A stretch of 64,000 nt of DNA from Octopus vulgaris. Lineage: Eukaryota. A program made the position numbers and the translations under genes. Positions 53,700 through 64,000 of the stretch are shown piece after piece. The notes beneath the pieces are model-generated. The model saw only the letters and a list, made by a program, of their open reading frames with translations, was not told where the DNA came from and made no database searches. The stretch lies in contig OX597832.1 of the NCBI GenBank assembly GCA_951406725.2, positions 4,216,001-4,280,000 on the forward strand, written 5' to 3'. Position 1 is the first letter of the stretch, and every line of letters begins with the position of its first letter.

Positions 53700-53954
53700 T
53701 ATTGAGAGTGACGCTGAGTTGCTGAAACAGTAGACTGGTGATGTAAATGGTTTCTAGTATTTACTTACGGTTATTTGCAATGTGGGTTGAAATACTGCGG
53801 TATTGACATCAATGTAATCATATCTGTGTCCATTATATATTACCAAAAAAAAAAAAAAAAAAAAAAAAGTACACTTGAGATTGATTCAACCATTTACGCC
53901 ACTCCCTCGCTTATCTGATACTCAAATAACCGGAACTCTGAAGCAGCCGGCATC

Positions 53955-54187
53955 TTTTCTTTTATCTTTTACTTGTTTCAGTTGTGAAAATGCAGCCATG
54001 CTGGAGCACCGCCTTGAAAATTTTTTAATCGAATGAATCGACCCCAGTACTTATATGTTTTTTAAAGCTTGATACTCATTCTATCGGTCGGTTTTGCCGA
54101 ACCGCTAAGTTACGGGGACGTAAACACACCAACACCGATTGTCAAGTGGTAGCGGGGAGAGGTAAACATACACACACGCACGCGCAC

Positions 54188-54258
<71 letters not shown>

Positions 54259-54420
54259 CCGATTTGTTCGACTAAAGGCAGTGCTCCAGCACGGCCGCTG
54301 TCAAATGACTGAAACGAGTAAAAGAATATAATATATATATATATATATTCTTTTATTCTTTTTTTCTTAAAGGTGATACTGGAGCATCGCCTTTAGTCGA
54401 ACAAATCGACCCCAAAGCTT
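53955..54420. mobile_element. Cluster of SINE family A tail fragments in both orientations
   Basis: Minus tail at about 53955-54170, plus tail at about 54258-54330, minus remnant at about 54348-54415. Confidence 0.75.
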
Positions 54421-54643
54421 CTTACCACTCATTTCATACCCAACCTAATATATTTAATGTATTTGATGTATCTAATTTGTTTATCTGCATAATTGCCTCA
54501 ACCTGATCCCTCTTATAGCCTTTCTTTACCTTATGGAATGATCCCCTGTAAAGACATCGGAGTCTAAGCCTGAATCTTTTCAGCACTATTAAGTGTGTTC
54601 TATACGGAGAATCTCTAGATCTCATCTGTCACCTATATATATA

Positions 54644-54714
<71 letters not shown>

Positions 54715-54716
<2 letters not shown>

Positions 54717-55191
54717 TCAATAAATGGTGGGGTTGTGTTGACCGCACGTGGAGAAATGATAAGCAATGAAAAATTGTAAAAATGCAGAATGCTCGATTGA
54801 AAGAAAATTTTAATGAATTGAGAAAATGAAAAAATATATAAATATATATTTATTCAACCGGTTTTCGTCATAGTTTGACTTATCAAGAATATTTAGGTGA
54901 AAAGGTTTTTTAAAAATGAGAAAGGGGAAAAAAAGTTGCATTGTTTTTTGCAAAAGAATAATAGTAGTAAATATGTATAAAAATTAAAAAATAAGTACTC
55001 CGATACATTGTGAGTTCGTTGTGTATCCCCTTTCTCATTTTTAAAAAACCTTTTCACCTAACTATTCTTGATAAGTCAAACTATGACGAAAACCGGTTGA
55101 ATAAATATATATTTATATATTTTTTTCATTTTCTCAATTCATTAAAATTTTCTTTCAATCCAGCATTCTGCATTTTTACAATTTTTCATTG

Positions 55192-55196
<5 letters not shown>
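54715..55196. mobile_element. Fold-back element in (TA)n with HHR-like motif, probable Penelope pseudo-LTR pair
   Basis: About 170-bp near-identical inverted arms (54759-54928 and 55026-55196). Motif tattc-ttgataa-gtca-aacta-tgac-gaaaaccggtt-gaata. Confidence 0.8.
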
Positions 55197-55228
<32 letters not shown>

Positions 55229-55813
55229 AAAATACAAAGACAGGTGTATGAACAACAAGCGAGTGTAATTAAGTTTGACGCTCGGGAAAATGAAAAAGTC
55301 TTTTATGTTTCGAGCCTACGCTCTTCAACAGAAACGAATAAGAGAAAATAAAGCGATAGAGAATGAAAAAGCTTGTAGGTTTCAGCGGTCATGCAGTATT
55401 TTTCTTTTACAACATTTATAGTACCAGTATTTTCTTAAGTTAACACAATTTGTTCTTAATTTATGCTTTTATTTCTTCATATTTCATTTCTGCTATATTC
55501 ACTATATAAACGATAATACTGATCTATATATAAAGTGTTAATGAGTTTTATAAAGTGCTATGGTAATTTAAAACGTGATGATATGGTATCAGGAATCTTT
55601 AGTTATCCGGCAGCGCTCCGGTCCCGCTGGTGTCGAATAGGAGGGTGTTTACTTAACCCTATTATTTAAGAAATTACAAATATTGTAGAGAGACTCCCGC
55701 TAAGATAAAACTGTCATTTGGTTTCGATTTTCAAAATGTATGAATCTGTATAAATACAGAGACACGCGCATATGTCTCATTATATGTACATATTGTACAT
55801 ATATTGTATGTAC

Positions 55814-55844
<31 letters not shown>

Positions 55845-56014
55845 ACTGTGTGTGTGAGCTAAGAAAGAAGACATGCCTATAACTTATTACAGGTCGTCCG
55901 AGATTGGTTGGAGTGAAGGCAAGGAGTATCCGCGAAACTGAGTGGACTCAGCTAAAAACACTCCAGGGACTAGGCAGATCTGTTCAACCGAGTGGACGAC
56001 AGTTGTTCTCGCTC

Positions 56015-56083
<69 letters not shown>

Positions 56084-56480
56084 GGCACTAACCAGCACCA
56101 GTATTGCTAGAAATTAAGGATCAAAACAGCTCAATAGTCAACAAAAGCACTATCTTAATCAGCTGACTCTAATTTCTAGCAACACTGGTGTTCATTAATA
56201 CCCTTATTCACCTTAGTGACGTATATATTTTTGCGTTTAGGTTGTAAAATTGTGAATTAGCCACCCATAATATTTCCATGATATTTATAATTTTAACTTT
56301 TACCGTTTTTGAAATCAGCGTATGATCTCAACGGAAATATGATTAAGCTGGTGTTTTTGTTGGCCATTGAGTTGTGTTTTCTTATTTCTAGCAATGCTGG
56401 AGCTTGTATGTATGTATGTATGTATGTATGTATGTATGTATGTATGTATGTATGTATGTATGTATGTATGTATGTATGTA

Positions 56481-56536
<56 letters not shown>

Positions 56537-56544
56537 TACATGCA

Positions 56545-57470
56545 CACTGGGTGCGATGGGTAAATTGTCTCCATTTCATATTTTTAATTTCGCTCATGCG
56601 CATTTGTTTGTTTCTGATTTCGTCGACTACACAGTATAGTAGGGTCAGTTGAGCACTCTCTGTGAGAAAAACAACATCATGACGCAATTCACTCTGCCAC
56701 AAATTTGGAAACGACATGTTGTACTGCTTGGCATTCGAGCCGGATGCTTCAATACAAACATTTCAGAGTGTTTGGGTGTCAATCTGAGGACAGTGCAGAA
56801 GATTCAGAAAGAATTGGATGAGTCCAATGATAATTACGAAGGTATGACAGCTCGGAAAACTCACTCTGATCTTTCTGATAAGAAAAGAACTGAATTTGTT
56901 GGTGAGATCCAGGCCATGATTGACAATGATCCATCCCAGTCAATCAGGTCCATCACCACGGACATGGAAGTGTCTGAGTTTCTTATCAGGCAGGTAGTGC
57001 ATGAAGACATTCGGTATTTCTCATACAAGATGAGAAAGGGACAATTTTTATCCCAAGCCATCAAGGACAAGTGAAAAGACCGAGCTACTAAGCTTTTGAA
57101 CAAACTCAAGCATGCCCTCCAACCGAACATGATTTGATTTTTCTCAGGCGAGATCAGATGGTGAACACACAGAACAACCGCTGGCTTGCCGTGCCCTCAA
57201 AACATGTACCGAAAGTGATAAAAATCAAACATTCACTCAACATCATGGTGCTTGGGGTTATCACTGGAGATGGTAACGTTATGCTTCCAATCATTTTCCC
57301 ACATGGCCTCAAACTCAACACGGAGGCCTACATCAAGTGCCTGGAGGAGGTAGTGCTGCCCTGGATCGAGAGGGTGGTTGCTGGAAGACCCTATGCCTGG
57401 CAACAGGACTCTGCGCCATGCCACACAAACAGGAGAACCCAGGCATGGCTGTCAGACAATTTCTGAGACC
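56545..57470 (+). pseudogene. Tc1/mariner-superfamily transposase relic, 3'-truncated
   Basis: ORFs 56649..57074 (HTH region, SIRSI..VSEFLIRQVVHED) and 57134..57466 (NTQNNRW, MVLGVITGDG, QQDSAPCH). Confidence 0.85.
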
Positions 57471-58484
57471 ACTTTTATGAAAAGTAACAATAGATATATA
57501 CAATTAGATGAACAGTGTTTGATGGTACCGGTATGACTTTGAATCTCTTTAACAATTCAAAATAATGACTTCTATACCTTTTAATTCTACCTCAGTTCAT
57601 CGAATTATCATCGAATTATCATCTATTTATCGTTACTTTGTATATAAAAAAAAAGCCTTTATTTTTATATCCAATGTGCATTTTCTCTTTGTCTACAAGT
57701 TGCATATAAGTATGCCTGTGTTTGTATCTGTGAGATTCCGCGCGTTCTTTTAGCTTTCTTAGTTGTCAGGGATGGCGACAATTTTTTGCTGAATGTTGCT
57801 ATGATAATAAACAAAATTCTTTTATTTTTAGGCTTCTAAGAGTCAAATTCTTTTCAATTTTTTTCAGGTACATGATTTTATGCTTATGAGTTGAAACATT
57901 TTATCACCATAATGCGTATCTAACATCAAACAAACAAGAATTTCAATTTTAGTATTATTTAGATATGCAGTGTTTTGTATAGTCGGTTACTCGCACAGAA
58001 GAAAACAATCTCAATTACTGAGAGATAACTTTATATGTTTTGGAAACTTGTTCTTTCTTCTCATAGCTATTTGTAGTTGAGTCATTCGCTCAGCAGGTCA
58101 ACTCAATGATCATATACGTACATGACACTCTGAACGGATAAAGTTTTCTGTATCATGTTTAATATGCAAACGTAAATTGTTTTCTTATCTTTGTAATACG
58201 ATAGCCAAGGATTGAACAGTTAAACAATGGCCTAGAGTAGATTTATGAGCCATTTTAGGAAGTTGGCGTATATGAAAGTAGGGGAGCCTTCTAATAAACT
58301 ACGACCATAATCAGTCAAGAGAGTTGCAGTGGCTCACCTTAGAAACTAGATATAATATCGGTGACAAGTTACAAAAGCATGAAAGTTTCTCACAATATAC
58401 TCTTCCCTTGAGTGATCTTTTACCTTCCACAATCGGTTGTTCACTCTTCGGGAATTCGGCGGTTAGACAGAAATTTAACTTCTT

Positions 58485-58690
58485 TCTTTTATTCTTTTAC
58501 TTGTTTTGGTCATTAGATTGCGGCCATGCTGGGGCACCACCTTGAGGAATTGTAGTCGAACTAATCGACCCCAGCACCTATTTTCTTTTTAAGCTGGGTA
58601 CTTATTTTATCGGTCTCTTTTGCTGCACCGCTAAATAACGAGGATGTAAACACTCAAAAATCGGTTGTCAAGCAGTGGTGGGGGTCAAAC
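58485..58690 (-). mobile_element. SINE family A tail
   Basis: cttttattcttttacttg..gcggccatgctggggcacc..atcggtctcttttgc. Confidence 0.8.
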
Positions 58691-60329
58691 ACCCACACCC
58701 TACACACACGTACGCGCCGGTGTGTCACAAGTTTCTCTCTCTCTCTCTCTTTCTCTCACTCTCTCTCTCTCTCTCTCTCTCTCTCGCTCTCCCTTACCTC
58801 TCTGCATATTTCCACTGAAATTAATTTTTAGCTGATTGAATTTCGGGAATTCTCCATCTAACTCCGTCTGAGAATAAATTTTCCTTAACCTTAATAACTT
58901 TTTACCTCATTAGAGTTACAGTTTCGATTAATTAAAGAATTATTTTCGACTCATCACCTCAAGTATGGTAGCCTGTACTTACCAAAATGTGTGCTATCAT
59001 ACAATTATATACCTTTCTACTCGGCCCTCACACACGTAGTTACACCCCACCTGACGACAACATGTACAAACAACCTAAATTTAAACAAACTCAAGTGGTA
59101 GGAAAGCGCAGATCTAGAGTTAAGGGAGTGAACGTTTCATTGTTAATGTTCAGAGAAGGTAAAATGACTGAATGTCCATCACAGACGTTTTACGTTTAGA
59201 TGTATGTCGATGGTTGTCACACTTGCTTTGCATATCTTTAGAACCATGTTGACAACACCATAATAGCTTCTAGCCTGTAGCTCTACCGAGACTGACGTCT
59301 TCGTTTCGTGTTAGTTTCCTTGGCAAGGTGTCATGTTGATTGGCCAATGTTTTCTGTTTGTTGAGGTAATCACTCACCATTCTGCACTTGACAGTTATCA
59401 GCTCTTAAATGTGAAGACGACAGAAAAAAAGAGTGCAACAAGTTAAAGAAAGAAAGTCATTTGCCTTTGTTGATAATTTTCCTTCCTTCTTTTCTTCATT
59501 CTTCAGTTCTTTCTCTTTTTGTTTTGATTTGCCATTTACTAAAGTAGACAAGTGATAAAGAGTGCTAGCTACCAGAAACAAACATTGATCAACGTCTGAT
59601 ATGCTCGAGTTTAGAAGCAGCTGAGAGGGGTCGGTATGAGCAGGTTAGCTGAGAGCTGTTGTAAACACTGGTAGGGCAGAAGACCTGAATATGTTCAGAT
59701 GTGTTTATGTATGCAATTTACTAAGGTCAAAAGTTGAACTGATCCTACCATCTCGAGTACTAAAGTTTGAACTATCAACAATTTCATCTATTCATTAATT
59801 GTTGTTCTTTTTGCTTTTTTGTTTTTTTTATTTTTTACTACCTTTCACAATCAGGGGTAGAATAGACATACTTCCTCTCACTCTAAGATATTTACATAGA
59901 AAACTTCTTCCGATATTCACCAACTTTCAAATGAATAATTTCTAGTAAGGAAACTTAAAGTGCCATGACCTACAAATGTCCAGCTACACTTAAATATAAT
60001 GTTAAGTCATCATCAAAGAATATTAATTGATTTAGTGGAAAGTCGCAGGTATAAGGAATATGTGAAGTATAAACAGCTCGACCCTTCTGAAGGATAGCAC
60101 ATTGCACCACGTGTACTCATTGAAAATACAAGATAAGTTTCTTGTCTCGTATTTTCGAAGACCATTTCTTTATATAGATTTTGGATCATGTTAAAATTCT
60201 TACAACCACTAAAATTTTCTCAAATTTTCACCTAAATGTTAGCTAAATTTTCACCTAAAGATGTCCTTTTGATGTAGATTTACTTTTTGATGACGAAAAT
60301 CGTGTTCATTTTCTTTTATTTTTGAGAAA

Positions 60330-60494
60330 CCAACCACATGGTTCCGAGTTCAATCCCACTGCTTGGTACCTTGGGCCAGTGTTTTTTTACTATAGGCCAA
60401 TCAAAGCTTTGTGAGTGGATTTGGTAGACGGAAACTGAAAGAAGCCCGTCATAGCTATCTATATATCTATGTGAATTTGTGTATGTATATATTA

Positions 60495-60528
<34 letters not shown>

Positions 60529-60565
60529 GTGTATGTATGTATGTATGTATGTATGTGTGTATATA

Positions 60566-60601
<36 letters not shown>

Positions 60602-60778
60602 TGTATGTATATATATATATAATCAGCTGAAATTGCGAGGATAATCTGGTGCTTGACTGAGAATAGAGGACTTCGAATGACCCGTCCTTGTTTTCTTTGT
60701 ATCGTCTGTCTGGATGTTTTGTTGTCCCTTTTTGTATCACCTGGTTGTCCGGATGTTTTGCATTCTTGTCCCATTTTG

Positions 60779-60871
<93 letters not shown>

Positions 60872-60890
60872 CGGCGTACGTACACCCTGT

Positions 60891-60932
<42 letters not shown>

Positions 60933-60995
60933 TTTTGTGTGTCTTTCTGTCTGTGTTTGTCCCCTGTAACCGTTTGATAACCGGTGTTGGTGAAT
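60330..60995 (+). mobile_element. SINE family A split by microsatellite expansion and a nested short element (60621..60780)
   Basis: Head at 60330-60450; the second half resumes at about 60935 (gtctgtgtttgtcccc..accggtgttggtg). Confidence 0.7.
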
Positions 60996-61449
60996 GGAGT
61001 TGTCCGAATGGCTATATTTACCTAACTTTAAATGTTTGTAACTTATTTTTCATTAATTTCTTGTTACCAGCATGCAAAAGTACATCAGTTTAGAAAATTT
61101 GAAAACAATCAGAGAAAATTGAAATTCCTCAAGTGGTTGGAAGAAATTTAACAAGATCCTCGATTTCAAAATAAGTACTTCTAATTAGGCATCATGTAGA
61201 TTACTTTTATTATTTTCTGACACAACCAAAAGAAATTAAATCACCAGCATTTAATTCAAATTTATCGCGTTTCTGAGATCATGTCAATATATCGACATAC
61301 CGTACTCGATGGCATATAGAAAAATGTCTCAGAGAAAAAGAAAACATCCCCGTGTCCAACATGCGAATTTAGGCCTTGCGCTAAAACATCTATACTGAAT
61401 ATGAGTTGCTGAAATTGGGGGCGCGTCTAATGTACCCATGCGTTTTTTA

Positions 61450-61650
61450 AATCTTTTACCTTTTACTTGTTTCAGTTGTTTGACAGCGGCCATGCTGGAA
61501 CACAGCCTTCAACGGTTTTAGTCGAACAAATCGACACTAGGACTTATTTTTTTTAAAGCCTAGTACTTATTCTATCGGTCTCTTTTGCCGAAGCGCCAAG
61601 TTACGGGGACGTAAACACACCACCGCCGGTTGAGAGACAAACACAGACAA
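61450..61650 (-). mobile_element. SINE family A tail
   Basis: cttttacttgtttcag..cggccatgctgg..ctatcggtctcttttgccgaa. Confidence 0.82.
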
Positions 61651-61673
61651 GAGAAAAAACACTCATAGATAGG

Positions 61674-61759
<86 letters not shown>

Positions 61760-61789
61760 TGTGTATTTTCCCCTTGTTAACAATTAACA

Positions 61790-62660
61790 CGGAAAAAATA
61801 GATAAATAGTTTCCAGGGTAGAAACTCCTGTTATTGTATCTGAAGTCAATTGCAACAGAATCAAGTTTATGTCAAGTAACTCTAAAATTAAAAATTCTAT
61901 ATACCAGTGTAAAATTACTTCTGGTAATGAAATATTTTTTTATATAGGCAGCTCATCTTCTCAGTTATCTAATAGAATTTCTAATCATTACTCTACATTT
62001 AGGGATAGGAATAAATGTAACAGTACAGGGCTTAGTAAATTAATTTGTTATCTAAAAGACCACAATAAACAATTTAATTTAGATTGGTTGATTCTCTCAA
62101 TCTCGATACCTTATGATAAAGGCAAGGAATTCTGTCTTCTCTGTAATTCTGAATTGTTTTTTTTGTTTTTTTTTTCTAAACATCCCTTTGTAAACACGGT
62201 TATAGAGCGTGCATATCGATGTATTGGCAGAAACACACCTTCAGTTCATATAAATGATATTTATCATTATATATAATTTAAACATAAATTTTCTTCTAAC
62301 ATTTCACATTTACTATATATATTTTTTCCAAGTCTATATGGTTTTATTTAATATACATATAATTATATACTTCTCATTTATTTGATATTTTTCTTTCCTT
62401 TACCCCTTCTCTTTCTATAGACTACCTTTGACGTTATATCTGCAAACGTTTTTTTTTTAAACAAACTTAATAGCGTTCAGTTAATCACTATATATATCCA
62501 TCATTTTCTGTTAAAATGTCTTATTGACGAGTTTCATTTCTTCATTTCCCTGAAAAGAAGATTACATTGTTTTACACCATTTTATTCCTTTGGAATAATA
62601 CCAGTGACATCTTCGAAACATGTGTCGGAAGTAAAAGAATTTAAATAACACCTGCGTTTA
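61790..62660 (+). mobile_element. Penelope-like element 3' end: GIY-YIG endonuclease remnant plus pseudo-LTR with hammerhead
   Basis: ORF 61869..62276 reads SIYQCK..FYIGSS..RISNHYSTF..STGLSK..W.IL..CLLCNSE, and an HHR follows downstream. Confidence 0.88.
62545..62631 (+). ncRNA. Type I hammerhead motif of the Penelope element (G8A core change)
   Basis: tttcc-CTGAAAA-gaagat..(tattcc/ggaata)..atcttc-GAAA-catgt-GTC-ggaag. Confidence 0.75.
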
Positions 62661-62673
62661 ACTCCATTTGTGT

Positions 62674-62704
<31 letters not shown>

Positions 62705-62757
62705 CGTGCGCGCGTGTGTGCGTGCGCGCGTGTGTGCGTGTGTGTGTATGTGTATAG

Positions 62758-62957
62758 AATTGCACCGTGGAAGGTGTTTATAAGCCATTTAACAGGTCGC
62801 GGTTTCAAAGCGACGAAAATATTTTGACAAATTAAATTTAAATGTTGAAGTGAATCTAACGGATTTTGTACGTTTGTTTAAATGGCTTATAAACACTTAC
62901 CACGCTGCAATTGTTTTCGTTCCAGATCAGGTCACTTGCTATGCAAGTACATCTCCG
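62758..62957. mobile_element. Third copy of the 5610 family with a short inverted arm
   Basis: gtggaaggtgtttataagccatttaa pairs with ttaaatggcttataaacacttaccac. It contains gtcgc..gcgac-gaaaatattttgacaaatt. Confidence 0.8.
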
Positions 62958-63103
62958 AAATATATGTGTGTGTGTGTGTGTGTGTATAACAAGCTAAAAT
63001 AGCTGATTTTAAAATTTCTGAAAGATATTCACATAATAACTACTAAATAGTAATGTTTGATACCACTTACTGTTACTTCATAGAACAGCCATCAAACATT
63101 ACG

Positions 63104-63147
<44 letters not shown>

Positions 63148-63159
63148 TTGTGTGTGTAT

Positions 63160-63295
63160 TTCCGATTACCAAATCCACTCACAAGGCTTTGGTCGGCCTA
63201 AAGTTATAGCAGAAGATACTAGCCCAAGGTGACATGCGGTGGGACTGAAGTGGGAACCATATGGAGGGGAAGCAAACTTCTTACCTCATACCATG
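63160..63295 (-). mobile_element. SINE family A head
   Basis: taccaaatccactcacaaggctttggtcggcc..gcccaagg..gtgggactgaa. Confidence 0.8.
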
Positions 63296-63831
63296 CAAAT
63301 ACGCTATAAAAAAAGGTTTAGTATTGTACTAAGAAAAAGAATGCTACTTGTTGGTTGACAAAGAGATTGCACATGTTTTACCTGGATTCTTGATGCTATG
63401 TGAAACCAAAACTTTAGTTATCGGACTCGTGTTCTTTCTTGTGAGTTCACTTCAAAATCGTTTTAGAACAAGACTAAATATATATTACTCCATTTGTCGA
63501 AATATATTTTCTCAGTATTTTTCTGATAAAAATGCGTGCTATAACAACAGATGTAGATGGATAAATTCTCACTAAATCAAGAAAGATTTAAAACATATCC
63601 AGCAAAAATATTAGGGTAGAGGGTCCCAGCGCCTGACTTGAGCACGAAAAATACGTATTCTAACAGTTAAAACTACCTTATACACAGGTAGTCTGCTGTT
63701 TTTGAAATTGGCAGCATTCGTTATGCCCGGAGTACTAGAGTAAATTAATGATAATTTATTTATGTATTTATGAGTGTTGACTTATTTTTGACTTTTCAAT
63801 CTATGATCACTACATGCACCCCTGTCTCCTA

Positions 63832-63877
<46 letters not shown>

Positions 63878-64000
63878 TGTGTGTAGTGCTCATGGATAAG
63901 CGATCTTGTCCACTTTTTTAACAGTTTCTGCTGTGCTTGTGAATGCACTTAAATCTTAAACATTTATATATTATATTACGCATTTATAACCTGGGATCAT

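Overview
AT-rich, microsatellite-saturated eukaryotic DNA, most likely intronic or intergenic. The SINE families and the (TA)n/(CA)n/(TACA)n/(TAGA)n load suggest an octopus-like cephalopod genome; this is inference. No intact host protein-coding gene, RNA gene or CRISPR array is supportable, and almost all listed ORFs are translated microsatellites. The window is a graveyard of mobile elements: CR1-type LINE 3' ends, two Tx1/L1-type fragments, an R4/Dong element, a Penelope GIY-YIG fragment, and piggyBac, mariner, Tc1-like and pogo/Tigger transposase relics. It also holds a hAT MITE with a perfect 8-bp TSD and dozens of tRNA-derived SINEs in three families. The main non-obvious signal is a repertoire of about a dozen hammerhead-ribozyme (HHR) and HHR-like motifs, read by eye. 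Some have canonical cores and long stem II hairpins; others keep stems I-III but have altered cores. Many sit in short (TA)n-embedded, often fold-back elements that look like Penelope pseudo-LTRs. The CR1 LINE and the dominant SINE share a covarying 3' stem-loop; in the SINE and one LINE copy it is followed by GAAAC-NN-GTA, resembling half a hammerhead. Coordinates of degenerate elements are approximate.
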